From Naegleria gruberi (lineage: Eukaryota): 64,000 bases of DNA. Both the position numbers and the translations under genes were made by a program. Positions 42,686 through 55,200 of this stretch are shown piece after piece; position 1 is the stretch's first letter; every line of letters starts with the position of its first letter. The stretch is from assembly GCA_000004985.1 (NCBI GenBank), contig GG738864.1, one strand, 5' to 3'. The notes under the pieces are model-generated. The model ran no database searches, had not been told where the DNA came from, and was given only the letters and a program-made list of their open reading frames with translations.

Positions 42686-43929
42686 TTATTGTTTGAGTTC
42701 ATCAAAGTATGGATGTTTAAGGGCATCACTTGCACTTATTCTATTTGCAGGATTTATGACTAACATTCTTGATAGCAGATCCAATCCTTGGGAGTCTAAA
42801 GGTGTATTAATAAATTTTGATGCAAGCAAATTTACGTTCCATTTAGGGAATGTTGTTCTAAAGTTTGGTAATTGTGTTACAGCTCCATCAGAAGGTGTGC
42901 CTAATAATTGGAATACCTTAAATAAATGGTCAATTTCTGAATCGCTTGGGAATAATGGTTGTAATAAAACCAATTCAGCAAAGATACAACCAACTGTTTA
43001 AAGTAAATTAAAACAATAAACGAGTTCACTACTTACTTGACCATATATCTACTGAGGTTGAATATTTGTTTGCTCCCAATAAGAGTTCTGGGCATCTGTA
43101 CCACAAAGTAATGACTTCCTTAGTGAGTGTTCTGAGAGGAATATTGAATTCTCTGGCCAACCCAAAGTCTGCAAGTTTAATATTCCCCTGGGAATCTATC
43201 AGAATATTTTGTGGTTTGATATCTTTGAAGAGTTATAAAATAGGTTCAAAATGTGAAACAAACCTCTATGTAATACACGTCGTGCATGACAAAAAGCCAG
43301 AGCTTGTAACATCTGGAACATGTATTTCTTCACTAAAATTGGAGGGAAATATGTTTTAGTTTTTCTTTGTTGATCGATAAATACTTTAAGGTCACTATCT
43401 ACAAATTCAAATACTAAATTCAATTGATTGTTTTCGTGTATTACTTCAAAAAGTCTTTAGAATTTCAATACGAGAAATAGTTCAATAATTGAAACCTACC
43501 TTACAACACAAGGGTGACAAATATGTTTCAGCAAGGCAATTTCTCTCAATGTTGTGGATGGTACTCCTTCATCTTCCTTTTCTAATCTAATTCTCTTCAC
43601 TGCCACAACGTTATTATTTGTTAAATCTATGGCCTAAATGTATTTCAAGTTTAGATTAGATCAATAACAAGTAGAATCACAAAATACTGACTTTAAAAAC
43701 TACACCATATGTTCCTTCTCCAATCTTTTCTAACTTTTCATATTTGGCCAATTTACTTGATCTGTGTAATGTAGTTGATTCCGTATCACAATCATGTTGT
43801 TGACAAATTATTCTTGTTATGTTATTAATTATTGAAACTCTACCCAAAGTTTGCTTGCTGTTGCACTTGTTGTTGCTGTTGTTGAATATGAATGTTTTGC
43901 GCGTAAATATTCGGTTGTTGTGTTTGCAT
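42686..43929 (-). CDS. Cyclin-dependent kinase (PSTTLRE motif), 6 exons
   Basis: Exons are 43844-43929, 43692-43761, 43500-43633, 43264-43454, 43037-43222 and 42686-42993, totalling 975 nt (324 aa), all GT-AG with introns of 41-82 nt. Kinase motifs are [32 protein letters not shown] and WYRCPE. The N-terminal extension is Gln-rich. Confidence 0.85.
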
Positions 43930-44157
43930 TTTTTTTATTTGAATTTAAAAAGTTAGAAATTTTGGCGGCAACATTTAGAAAATACTAATTAAGATGACTA
44001 AGTGTTGTTAATATAACAATAAATGAAATTATTAATAGACTCTTTATTCTATCTTTACAAAAAATTAAAGGATTTAATAAACAATTAACGATTTACAAAA
44101 TGATAATACATATAATACGCCATAATGGTGGTGTGAAATAAGTTAAATAGGAAAAAT

Positions 44158-45650
44158 TTAAAGCTTCTTGGCAAACTCGACTTCTTCTTCGTCTTCCTTA
44201 AGGAATTCAATGAAATCTCCGAGACTCTTATCCTTGTATTCCTCAGATGTTGGATCATATTTAAATACATATTCATCTTCGGTTCCTTCCTTCAGTTTGA
44301 AAAGATCTTGATTCCACTTTTGTCCATTTTCTTCTCTCTTCTTTCTCAATCCACGTTGTTTTTCTTCAATCAAGTTCTTTTGTACGTTTGCATCTTCGAA
44401 TTCACTATCAGCTAAAGCTTTGGTGACCTTGTGCCAAACTCTACGAGATTCGTTTAATTTTTGACTGGCAACCTTCTTTACAAACCATGGAGCATGTTCG
44501 ACTTCCTTAGAATCAAAGAATAAGCTTTGTTTCTTGGTCTTGACACTACGGATTTGAACTTGACCAGTGATTGATCCATTAACCTTGTAGAGACGGTTTC
44601 CATCCTTTTTGATAGAACCCTTAATTTCATTGTCAGTACCAGATTTGAATTGAATCTTGGCAGAATAACCAGTACCTGGGCAAGAGATTTTCAAATCTTC
44701 ATTGATTTCAATACATTGAGTTCCCCATATTAATCCCTTGGCAACAACCCATGGGAAGACAATTTCATACACTTCGGTTTCTGGTTGGTTCAAGAAACGC
44801 ATTGTGATTGTACCTTCCAAGACAATTGATGCACTGTTACCATGGAATTTACTCTTAGGTTTTATCATGGCATTAACGAGGAGATTGTTTTTACGGTTCA
44901 TCAATACACAGGAAGCCATTGGGGGATGGTGAGATACTTGTTCCGCAATATATTCTGTTTTAGAAATTTCACCACTTGATGGATCCTTATGGATCCATTT
45001 ACAAGCAAAAACTTCACCAATAATTGGATTGTATGGTTTGGCTTGCATAATACCACCACGAGGTGTGTGGCTGGTATTACTCAACCACCATTTCAAAACT
45101 GAGATGAAACGTTGTTCTGGATCGAATGATTTGTGGGCACTTTAAAGAAACAAGAAACGTCATTATGTTGTATGTTTGACAGATTTAACACAAAAAGTTC
45201 AAGTGTCATTTTTCGGTTGATGATGAGTTGAAAAAGACGATTGGAGTTGAAAACAAAGTTTGTTGATAGATAAAGTAGATGATCGTGTCCAATAGATAAA
45301 GATCGTACGATTTTTTGATGAAGAAAATTAAATACTACAAAAGTTAAACTAATTACATACCTCAAGATATAATTTTGTGGTCTAACAAAGTAGGAAATAT
45401 ATTCAAGCATACTGATTGGAGCCAACAACGCGGATGGGAGAGAAATTCTGAACAAGTCTGCTCCGGTACGCAATTGTTTAACAACATCCATAATGATTGA
45501 TCCTCTGCTAATACCCTTTTCCTTCAAGGTTGATTCCTCAGCTTTAAATTGAGTTTGTCCATAATACTTTTGTTCTGTTGCGAGTTGTTCATCTGTTGGT
45601 TCGATATCCAAAATTTCGCTACCAGTTGTTGATGTTGGGGTGTCAGACAT
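44158..45650 (-). CDS. Oxysterol-binding protein-related protein (short ORP, Osh4/Kes1-like), 2 exons
   Basis: Exon 1 is 45361-45650 and exon 2 is 44158-45139, with a 221-nt intron (gtatgt...ttaaag), giving about 423 aa. The OSBP fingerprint EQVSHHPP is present. Confidence 0.85.
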
Positions 45651-46344
45651 TTTTTTTCGATGAGTAACGTTCCTATGCGTATTTTCTGTCGTGATGATGC
45701 ATTAAATTTTTTGGCTTGGATCTCAATCGCGCACAAAATTTCAAAAGGACGCTTGTATTTAAAGTACAACAGCAGATGGACCTCAGGTAAGGAATACCAT
45801 GTGACCTTTGGGTGTATTGAAATTGATATTTTACCAAGAGGTTCATTGGTGCTAATGATGTTGATGAACAGCAAGAATATCCCGTCCTATTGGTTTGTTC
45901 TCATCATTTTGTCGAGAATGCAGAGAGTGCAAAAAAGGCTCTTAATATTCCGTGGAGCTTTAATGGACTCTAAGAATCTCTAATCAAATAAATACTACTT
46001 ACGAATCGTTCCAACATTCGAAACATATGAAAAAGAATTTTCTTGATAATCATCATATTATAATGAATTAGATGGTGGCTAATGAGTAATGATGAATGGA
46101 TAATTATCCATTCATTCTAAATGGACGCTCTATGAAATCCTGACATACACTCGTTGAGGGAACATGGTTTTTTCAACGTTTAAGAGATGCTCATCTCTTC
46201 ATCGTTTGAAATTTACGATTGTATAGTTCATTCAATGGAGAAAAATGGTCTTCTTCCTTGTTTGCTGTTTGACTATATGAAGAATATTAAGGTATTTAGA
46301 AAATTACAAAAATATATATAACATTGAAGAATTGTATTGAGAAA

Positions 46345-49300
46345 TTAAGTATCTTCCTCCTTAACAGTGTAGAGGTGAGAATGTTTGTATACATGTCTAA
46401 GTTGTTCCTTAAGGAGATTGAATGGTTTTTGATGTTGTTCAATCTCAGAGTTGTGATTCATGCATTTTTCAATTAGATTCTTGCTGATATCTTGTAAGGT
46501 ATATCCAAATGATTCTCTATATACTCTAAAGAGTTTTGGAAGGATAATTATATTATTGGATTGAGAAGTAGAGTTGTTGAAATTGTTAATAATTTTGATG
46601 TTTTGTAGGAGGAATAATTCTGTTTCCTTTCTGACAAATGATTCATAGTTTTCTGGAGTAATGTATGGGAATAAAGTACAACAATTTCTCATTCTCATAT
46701 TCTTGAATTGTTGTGAGTTTGGAAGGATAGATATTTGAGATTTTTCATTCCACAATAGCTCACCATATCTGTACATTATAAATATCAATCTCAAATCAAC
46801 ATAATTAGAGTAGAAAGAAATAAATCGTGATCTTCTATCAAAAGATTTCATACCATTCCCATTCAAAACATTGATTGGAGGAGCTAACAATTTACTAGAG
46901 CCAACAATATTTTTCTGGTCGTGAGACATATCTGTAACAATACCATTAGGATAGCTCTTGTTTCCTCTCAAAATTCCATCACGAATGTCAGAAAGTGAAA
47001 ATATCAAGCCATCAACTTGATAAGCCATTCTATTATAGAAAATGAAAGTGGCATTATTTCCCACTAGTCTATACTTGCTGCTAGATCCCATTATCAATAA
47101 AGAATGATAGAATAGTGTTAAGAATAGGTTCAAAAAGAAACATCTGAATCTAACTCGTTCATTCTTTTCTTCATGAACATCCATAAGACTAGAAAGATCA
47201 ATTCTTGATAATTCATGGCAAAGAGGAAGTAACTGAGTTAGGTAAATGTGGTTTGTACACACAATTTTTCTAGAATGTTGGGATACAGTCTTGAAGAAAG
47301 TGGCATTTCGGAAATTATACTTTTCATATTTAGGGAATATTCCTTGATACATTTGTCTTAGGTATTCCATTAATTTGTAAAGAACTGCATTAGGTTCACA
47401 CCTATATGGAATGTTTTCAATCGATTCAGGATATGAAAATACGTCACTAATAGGTAAACTCATGTTAATAACTCGGATTGGGTTATCATTACTAAATCTA
47501 TACAAATAATAGCCATCAATAAATGATAGCCCATAGTTAACATGGTGAATAATGTTGGACTCAAGGAGAAGTTGATAGAATTCAACTGCTTGCTTTCTAC
47601 TTTCCATATTAATTACAACAAATGGTTGGCTGAGATCATTATTTTGGGTGTTGTTAAAATTCAAAAGCAAATCTATCGCCTCTTTAGATTCGAAACATTT
47701 TCTGTAAATCTTTCCTTTCAATAAATTATACAATGAAGTTGAATAATTACTTTGCTTTGGGTAACGAACTCTATCCAGTAGGGTAAGGTTATTCTTCAAA
47801 TAGGCTATTACAACTTGAATGTGTGAAACTAACTGATCAATATCGTGTGCCAATGGAAAGAATTTTTTAAGCTTGTTCAATACAATAATATCGTCCTTAT
47901 AGAGAAGAACCAATGAATTGATAGCAGAAAGTGGACCATCTACAATATTATTCTTAGGCTTCTTATCATTGGATGTAACTTGCTTGTACATATTAATCTT
48001 TGAAACCTCTTTCTTATTCAGGAATGATACATCATATTGATACTTTACATATTGGCCATAAATGGTTTGGTTATGAGCTGGTACAATATAAGGGGTTATT
48101 GATTTGGATTCAAACTGATTTTCAATAAAGTATTGAGAAATATATTCATCATATTCCTGTGATCTTTGAACTGATTGATCACTAATATTCTTTTCCTCAA
48201 TTAATTGGTTATTAAATTCGGTGGTATAATTAGAATACATATCCATATCATAACTAGGAATAACATTTCTTTCTATACATTTTCTTGCTTGTAAATTATT
48301 GTAAATAGAATTAACATCTACATTATAGAAATCTCTCAATACTTCAAATGAAATATTTGGATACTCATTACTCATTTTACCTTCTAATGATCTCAAAATT
48401 TCTCCCTGAGGAAGAACAGTTGTAGAGCCATTCTCGTTGAGAGTAAGCTTCATAGAGTTCATAATACTCTTAAGGATTTTTTCATTCTCTGCCACATTAT
48501 CAGAAGGTGTTGGGATTGGTGAAGTAGGTGATTTTTCTTGTTTCTTTTCGTGTGTCTTATTCTCCATTTCTTTCACTGGAAGAACTGATTCGATTTCATC
48601 TTCAACTTCAGAGTTAATAGTCAAAGAGAGCTGATCTAGCCTTTCATCACTCAGGTCTGTTATTTGTCTTGGATTATATGTTTCATCAAAATAGAGCTGG
48701 GAGGTAACTTGATTAGATACTTCCTCTTCATCATCTGAGTCATCAGAGTAATCGTCACAAGAGTCTTCTTCATCAGTAATCATACTTAAATCCCTATCAT
48801 CGTGTAAATAAATATCACCACTTTCCAAATCCCACAAATGTACTCCAAACAATCTAATGTGGAAACTTGGTTTATAGTTACCCAAAAATATATTGATAGC
48901 ATGTTGTTTCCACTCATCTTTAAAGTTACTACTATAATATCTTTTCATATTTGTCATTAAATCAGCCAAAACACCTCCTCTATTGTGAATATCAACACTA
49001 ACTGTTCTACTTCCACTGTATTGAATAGCAATATGGTCACTAACTTGTTCATACATTTGCATTAAAATTAAAATGAATTGACCATGGTGAACAAGATGAG
49101 GTGATTCAATAATTCCCAGTGAACATAATTGTTCTCCAAGAACATATTTGGCAATAATAAATTGAGCTACACCTGTTCTATCAAGACAATCAATACAATT
49201 AGTTCTTAAAACACCAGATTGTTCCTGTATCACTTTTCCATACTTGGATGTTGTGAAAAATTTACATTGTCTTACATGATTTTCTGCAATTGCATGGAGT

Positions 49301-51090
49301 TCATTCAATGCCTTTTCAGGTTTGTCTTTAATTGCATTCCTGAAATCAAATGGAACATATTCTATATGCTTCTTTTGTTTGAATGGTTCTTCATTTTTGT
49401 AAATATTCCTGTTAAGATATTCTATGCAAATCTTGAATTTTTCTCCCAATATTATTTCTCTTGGTTTTTTCTCGTGCTGTTTCACTAGATCCAGACACAT
49501 GATTGGAGAACCTTCGTATCTTTCGAATAGGTTATTGAAATGATGCATACTATCCAGATAGAGAGGATCAAATTTTGTAATAATAATATTAGGTTTTGAG
49601 AGTAGGTTTGATGTGGATGCTTTTGTTGTGGTAGTAGTAGTATTCTTTTGATCGTTTTCATCGACAGTGGTCGTGGTAGTGGTCATTGTTGTAGTGGTAG
49701 CAGTAGATTGAGACCAATATAGAGGAATACTTCCTCTCACTTGAACAAAGCTACTAAATGCACCTTGAGATTGATTATTGAATAAATGGTGATTTGCTTC
49801 ATAAACTATTTGCTCAATTTCAACATGATTGGCCACATGACCTCCATCTGAAATACCTCGTTTAAGGTATCTAGTACCAGCATAATATCGACTTCTCCTT
49901 GCAATAACTGTCAATACAATAGATATATTACTGTTACCTGTTTTAATTTGATTTTTCTGGAGTGTTTTGTTGAATTCTTCATGTTGAGAAGGTTTCATTA
50001 ATTCCTTTGAAGAGTTTCTTTTAACTGGCACTGGTTTGGTATAATCAGCAAGAGCCATTGAAACCTTGGATTGAATAAAGTGGCCATGAATGCATGGACA
50101 CATCCATTTAGACATTTTCGTCCTCTTCAATGGTTCAAGAAGATGTGAATTCCAAACAAACATATCACATGTTGTGTTTTTTGGTTCATCTCCATAAGTC
50201 ACTATTGGTGTAGAGTTTTGTTGCAATGTTTTTGTGAGATCATAGTTATAACTAAAGTAAAAATCCTGATTCAAATTAATATTATTAAATAATTCCTTAT
50301 ACTTGTCTTCGATTAACTGTTCTTGTTTTGAAAGGTTGTCATGCATAGATAATTTCACTAATTTAGTATCTTTAATTTCATAGACACTAGCATTACCAAT
50401 CATTCCAACTTTAAGTCTATCCGTTATCAAAACCAAATAATGATGAGATTTGAGTTCAATAAACCCCAAAATGCCATAAATATTATTAGTATGGAGTTTG
50501 ATATCTTGTTGAATACTCTTCATTGCAAATTTTATCATGTGCAATAGATCATTGATTTGTTTCAAGCTATACTCTCCAGCATCTTCATTTAAATAATTGA
50601 CAATGTCACAATCAGCTCCATTGGGTCTATCAATTTTTAACATTTTATACTTTGTTTTTGATCCATTGCATCCAACAAGATAAAATCTATTATATGCCTC
50701 GTATAATGTAAAGTTGCTATACTTTTCACCAAATGTAAAATCAATTTTACTATATTCACATTCAAATGATGAATTAAATTCCTGTTGAGGAATATCGTCT
50801 CCTCCCGTCTGAATATCCGTATCAGAATTGGTTGTGATGGGCTGAAATGATGAAATTGGAGGTTGAATTGGTGATGATGGTTCCACTACTTGTTCTTCAA
50901 CATTTCTCATTCGGGATTGATCTAATATTGGCGAATCATCATTGAATTCGTAGGTTGGTGATTTTTTGGATTTTTGATCACCATAGGGTGTGTTCTTTTG
51001 TGGGCTCGTATTTGAAGATGAAGGAACGAGCAACCTTTTGATGAACATTTTTTTTGTTAAAAAATCTTTTAAAGAAGCACTTAATATCAT
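46345..51090 (-). CDS. SAC-domain phosphoinositide phosphatase with DEP-like and DUF547-like C-terminal regions
   Basis: Uninterrupted 1581-aa ORF. The SAC catalytic motif is RTNCIDCLDRTG, within RYLKRGISDGGHVANHVEIEQIV...VRGSIPLYW. A DEP-like block (FESKEAIDLLLNF...AVEFYQLLLESNIIHHV...YLYRF) and a DUF547-like block (RFRCFFLNLFLTLFYHSLLIMG...FSLSDIRDGILRGN) follow. Confidence 0.7.
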   Translation of the reverse strand: MILSASLKDFLTKKMFIKRLLVPSSSNTSPQKNTPYGDQKSKKSPTYEFNDDSPILDQSRMRNVEEQVVEPSSPIQPPISSFQPITTNSDTDIQTGGDDIPQQEFNSSFECEYSKIDFTFGEKYSNFTLYEAYNRFYLVGCNGSKTKYKMLKIDRPNGADCDIVNYLNEDAGEYSLKQINDLLHMIKFAMKSIQQDIKLHTNNIYGILGFIELKSHHYLVLITDRLKVGMIGNASVYEIKDTKLVKLSMHDNLSKQEQLIEDKYKELFNNINLNQDFYFSYNYDLTKTLQQNSTPIVTYGDEPKNTTCDMFVWNSHLLEPLKRTKMSKWMCPCIHGHFIQSKVSMALADYTKPVPVKRNSSKELMKPSQHEEFNKTLQKNQIKTGNSNISIVLTVIARRSRYYAGTRYLKRGISDGGHVANHVEIEQIVYEANHHLFNNQSQGAFSSFVQVRGSIPLYWSQSTATTTTMTTTTTTVDENDQKNTTTTTTKASTSNLLSKPNIIITKFDPLYLDSMHHFNNLFERYEGSPIMCLDLVKQHEKKPREIILGEKFKICIEYLNRNIYKNEEPFKQKKHIEYVPFDFRNAIKDKPEKALNELHAIAENHVRQCKFFTTSKYGKVIQEQSGVLRTNCIDCLDRTGVAQFIIAKYVLGEQLCSLGIIESPHLVHHGQFILILMQMYEQVSDHIAIQYSGSRTVSVDIHNRGGVLADLMTNMKRYYSSNFKDEWKQHAINIFLGNYKPSFHIRLFGVHLWDLESGDIYLHDDRDLSMITDEEDSCDDYSDDSDDEEEVSNQVTSQLYFDETYNPRQITDLSDERLDQLSLTINSEVEDEIESVLPVKEMENKTHEKKQEKSPTSPIPTPSDNVAENEKILKSIMNSMKLTLNENGSTTVLPQGEILRSLEGKMSNEYPNISFEVLRDFYNVDVNSIYNNLQARKCIERNVIPSYDMDMYSNYTTEFNNQLIEEKNISDQSVQRSQEYDEYISQYFIENQFESKSITPYIVPAHNQTIYGQYVKYQYDVSFLNKKEVSKINMYKQVTSNDKKPKNNIVDGPLSAINSLVLLYKDDIIVLNKLKKFFPLAHDIDQLVSHIQVVIAYLKNNLTLLDRVRYPKQSNYSTSLYNLLKGKIYRKCFESKEAIDLLLNFNNTQNNDLSQPFVVINMESRKQAVEFYQLLLESNIIHHVNYGLSFIDGYYLYRFSNDNPIRVINMSLPISDVFSYPESIENIPYRCEPNAVLYKLMEYLRQMYQGIFPKYEKYNFRNATFFKTVSQHSRKIVCTNHIYLTQLLPLCHELSRIDLSSLMDVHEEKNERVRFRCFFLNLFLTLFYHSLLIMGSSSKYRLVGNNATFIFYNRMAYQVDGLIFSLSDIRDGILRGNKSYPNGIVTDMSHDQKNIVGSSKLLAPPINVLNGNGMKSFDRRSRFISFYSNYVDLRLIFIMYRYGELLWNEKSQISILPNSQQFKNMRMRNCCTLFPYITPENYESFVRKETELFLLQNIKIINNFNNSTSQSNNIIILPKLFRVYRESFGYTLQDISKNLIEKCMNHNSEIEQHQKPFNLLKEQLRHVYKHSHLYTVKEEDT

Positions 51091-51104
51091 TCCGAATATT
51101 TTGA

Positions 51105-51980
51105 TTATTTATCAGAATTTGAATCATTGGATGGTTTCCTATTCGAATACGAATATTGAAGTGCAAATTTAACACAACGTTGGAAATAATGACCTTCCCA
51201 AAAGAATTTTTTGCAAGTTGGACATTTTGTGACTGTTTGACCGTACAGATCATAAATTCGTTTTCCTCCCATAATTTTGGTCAATTCTTGAATTTCTTCT
51301 TCAGTAGTTGCTTTGATACACTGTACAGGATCGTTGCATTTCAAACATCTGGTGTAAATTTTTGCTGGATGAAACATGAGGTGGAATGATTTTACAATAT
51401 CTGAAATTGAGTCATGAAACTCAACTTTTCTTGAATCAATGAAAAGATATCGAATTTGTTTTGTTTCCTCATTATTCGAATTTTCTTCATTTTCTTCCTC
51501 GTCACTATCATAATAATCTTTCACTTTTGGTTTAGTTCCCTTGTTTTCACTCTTAATTTTTGAAGCCAAAGAAGCAGATCCAGTAACTATTATTCTATTC
51601 TCTGATCTAGCTTTATAAATAATATAATTCGTGGAATAGGATGGATCACTAATACAATCATATCCCAGTAATCTGATATGTTTGGCAATTTTTGAAATAC
51701 TTGTATCAGCAATAAATTTTGTATTTCGGAAAAAGCCATTAATTTCAGTTTGTTCTTCCTCAGTACAATCCACAAGAGGTTTATCTTGTTTTAAAACTCC
51801 CTTCGGAAATGTAAAATTCGATGTTTGTTCATTATTCTCCTTTTCCTCTTGATTCAGTACGAGAGAATTTGTTTGATTGATAATAGACATCATTTCTTCA
51901 TCCAAAAATTCATCTTCCTCTCCATTTGCTTGTTCGTCCACATTCCGAGCCTCCATCATAGGTTCATTACTTGCTAACAT
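51105..51980 (-). CDS. Mut7-C (DUF82) nuclease-domain protein with zinc ribbon
   Basis: 291-aa ORF with an acidic N-terminus. The PIN-like Mut7-C pattern is FIADTSISKIAKHIRLLGYDC...RIIVTGS, ending in CLKCN...CPTCKKFFWEGHYFQRC. Confidence 0.65.
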   Translation of the reverse strand: MLASNEPMMEARNVDEQANGEEDEFLDEEMMSIINQTNSLVLNQEEKENNEQTSNFTFPKGVLKQDKPLVDCTEEEQTEINGFFRNTKFIADTSISKIAKHIRLLGYDCISDPSYSTNYIIYKARSENRIIVTGSASLASKIKSENKGTKPKVKDYYDSDEEENEENSNNEETKQIRYLFIDSRKVEFHDSISDIVKSFHLMFHPAKIYTRCLKCNDPVQCIKATTEEEIQELTKIMGGKRIYDLYGQTVTKCPTCKKFFWEGHYFQRCVKFALQYSYSNRKPSNDSNSDK

Positions 51981-52216
51981 TTTTTATTTGTCTTTGCAAC
52001 AACTATTGTGTATTTCTTCAAATGGAAAAGAGTAGCATCTTCATGTTACGCTCTAAAATAGTACATTCTTATTACACCAGTTATTAATATTACCATTCAT
52101 CATCAAGTTGTTTCCTCTTCTTCCTACCTTGATAACATAAGAGAACGTTACGAAAGCAAGACTTTCTAAAAAATTTTGAAGTTGAAAAAATATTCAAAAA
52201 AATTGAATTGAAAAAA

Positions 52217-55200
52217 ATGTCCACCGTCATAGCAAAGAGCCTTCAATTCAAATTTTATTCGGACGAGGATATTGAAAAATTGTCAGTTCTCGAAGTTGAT
52301 AATGCTATTACACACGATGAATTCCAAATACCTGTGCGGGGAAGTTTATATGATCCAAAGATGGGTCTTAGGGACAATGATGGACCAATGGCAAGATGCG
52401 AAACTTGTGGATTGGTGAATACATTCTGTCCTGGACACTTTGGTCATATAAGTATTCCACAACCTGTTTTTAATGTATTGTTAAAAACCGACGTAACACA
52501 AGTTATGAATTTATGTTGTCCTTTTTGCGAAAAGTTGCATATACCAAAGGAAGAAAAGACAATATTATATTTGGTTTTGAGACTCTTAGATTGTGGATTA
52601 CCTTCCGAAGCCATGGAGTTAAACGATAAACCTCTCATGTTTTTGAGAAAGTACGGAAATGAACAAGAGGAAGAACCTATGAGCGAAGAGGAAGCAGAAG
52701 AAGGTAAAAAGAAAAAGAAGAAAAAGAAGAAAAAACTTGATTTGGAAACTGAACACTACAGATTTGAAGATGATTATCAAAAGCTTGTCTCAACTACTTT
52801 AGGTCTTATCCAACAACAAATTTTAAAATACGACGTGTCGAATGAATTGGAGCTCCATTCAAAATTCTTAAATGACGAAATTGTCTTTGATTTAAAACAT
52901 CAAATCAAGGAAAAGATTATGAAGACACATGCCCATCCACCTCTTTCCAAGATTAAGACTACAGGTTGTAGAAATTGTAAAGCTGTAAGAGTTCCATTTG
53001 CTATTCTCAACAAGGATTGTGTTGCTTTGCACGAGACTACTGTTGTTAATTTTGAATTTTTGAAAGCTCTTAAGGAATGGCATGGTAAATGTATCCACAA
53101 GGATTATGCTGACAAGAGTTTATTCGATGATGTGGACCAAGTTGATACCGTTCTTAAAAAGAGAATTGAAAAGCCATTCTGTTTAGCTAATAATTTCCAC
53201 TTGATGACAACTAAAATTTTGAAGGAAACTACTTCACTTTTCTATAATTACCTTCACACTGATGAAGTAGTAGATATGCTTGACCGTGTTTATTATAATG
53301 GTATTGAAACAGCTCTCAATGAAGTTTTATTCAAGATGGATATCAACAATGAAGAAGAACATTTATTTGATCTTATTGCTGGAAGTATCCAAGATAATAG
53401 AATCAGATATATGGATTCTTATATTTTACACTCCTTTTTTGATAACAGTCCTGCTCTCATGTTTACTAAGAAGGTTTTGGTGATGCCAGTTCGTTTCAGA
53501 CCAATTTCTCCTCTTCATATTGCTGCTAAGGAAGAAGGTAAAACTATGGTTACCTACGTTAAAACTGATATTGATATTCACTACATTAACGTTTTAAAGA
53601 CAAAGAAACTTTACGAAGATATTCAAGCTAAATTGGGAACAAGTACTATCAGATCTGATAACACAGCTATTGCTGTTTTGAGAGCTCTCCAATGTTACAT
53701 TAACGATATGTTGGACAGTACAAGTAATACTTCTTCTGGGTCAAATAGATTCTACTCATCACTTCTTAAGAAGAAGAAAACATCTACTACAACTTTGAAT
53801 CGTGGTATGAAACAATTGATGGATAAAAAGGCTGGTTTAGTCAGACAATCTATGATGGGTAAGCGTGTCAACTACAGTGCTCGTACAGTTATTTTGCCTG
53901 ATGTTGCTATTGCTTGTAATGAAGTCAGTTTCCCAGCAATGTTTGCTAAGAAGATGACATTCATGGAAACTGTCACTAACTTTAATATTAACAAGATGAG
54001 AGAATTAGTTATCAATGGTGCTAAACAATATCCTGGTGCTAATCAAATCGTTAAGAGTGGTAAAACTCAATCTGATGTTTCTTCCTCAACAGCTGTTGCT
54101 CCATATACTCGTCCTCCACTTTCAATTCAACTTAATGTTGTTAAATCAAAGAAACAAAGAGTTGCTATGGCTAATCAATTGCAAGTTGGTGATGTTGTCT
54201 ATCGTCACCTCCAAGATGGAGATATGTTGTTGATGAACAGACAACCTTCATTGCACAGACCTAGTATTTTAGCTCACAGAGCTAGAGTTATTGCTAACCA
54301 ACGTGTTATGCGTCTCCACTATGCCAGTTGTAAATCTTTCAATGCTGACTTTGATGGTGACGAAATGAATGCTCACTTTGTACAAAACCCAATTGCTCAA
54401 AGCGAAGCTCGTCAATTAATGGATGCTCAATTGTCTTTCTGTACTCCTACCAGTGGTGAACCATTGCGTGGCTTAATTCAAGATCACGTTTCATCTGCTG
54501 TCTTGTTGACTATGAAAGATAACTTTTTATCTCGTGAAGATTATCAAGAAATTTTGCTCAGTGCTAACATTTTTGATGTCAATGAAGTCATTCGCTCTGA
54601 AATTCCATCCATTTTGAAACCAACACCTTTGTGGACTGGTAAGCAAGTTATTACAAGTCTTTTGAAGCATGTTGCCAAGAAGAATACTCCAGCTGGTGCT
54701 CCAGTTTTTGGTGTCAATTTGGATTGTAAGACTAAGGTTAAAGGTACTGTTTGGGGTGCTCACAACGAAGAAGGAATGGTCATTATTAGAGATAACGAAC
54801 TCTTGACTGGTATTTTTGATAAGTCTCAAGTTGGTTCTTCAAAATATGGTATTTTGCACGCTTTTGATGAATGTTATGGTAACAACGCCAGTAATATGCT
54901 CATTTCATGTTTATCAAGAATGTTAACTTTCTACTTGCATTACTTTGCCATCAGTTGTGGTATTGATGACTGTCTCCTTTCCAAGTCTGCTGAAGCTAAC
55001 CGTATTGAAACTTTGAAAAACTCCAATGAAGCATGTCATCATGCTACTGCTTCCTACTGTGGTCTCCCAAAGAAGAAGGATGCTTCACAATATGATCACG
55101 ACAAGGTTAAGGAATTTTTGGCCAAACATATGCTTAACCCAACTGTTTCTAAACAAACAGGTGAAATTATCAATGAAAAGATTGTCCGTAAATTGGATTC

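Noticed and set aside
45660-45983. 107-aa plus-strand ORF and the overlapping 116-aa minus-strand ORF in the OSBP/SAC intergenic region.
   Set aside because: They show no recognisable motifs, they mutually overlap, and they sit where the promoter of the OSBP-related gene is expected.
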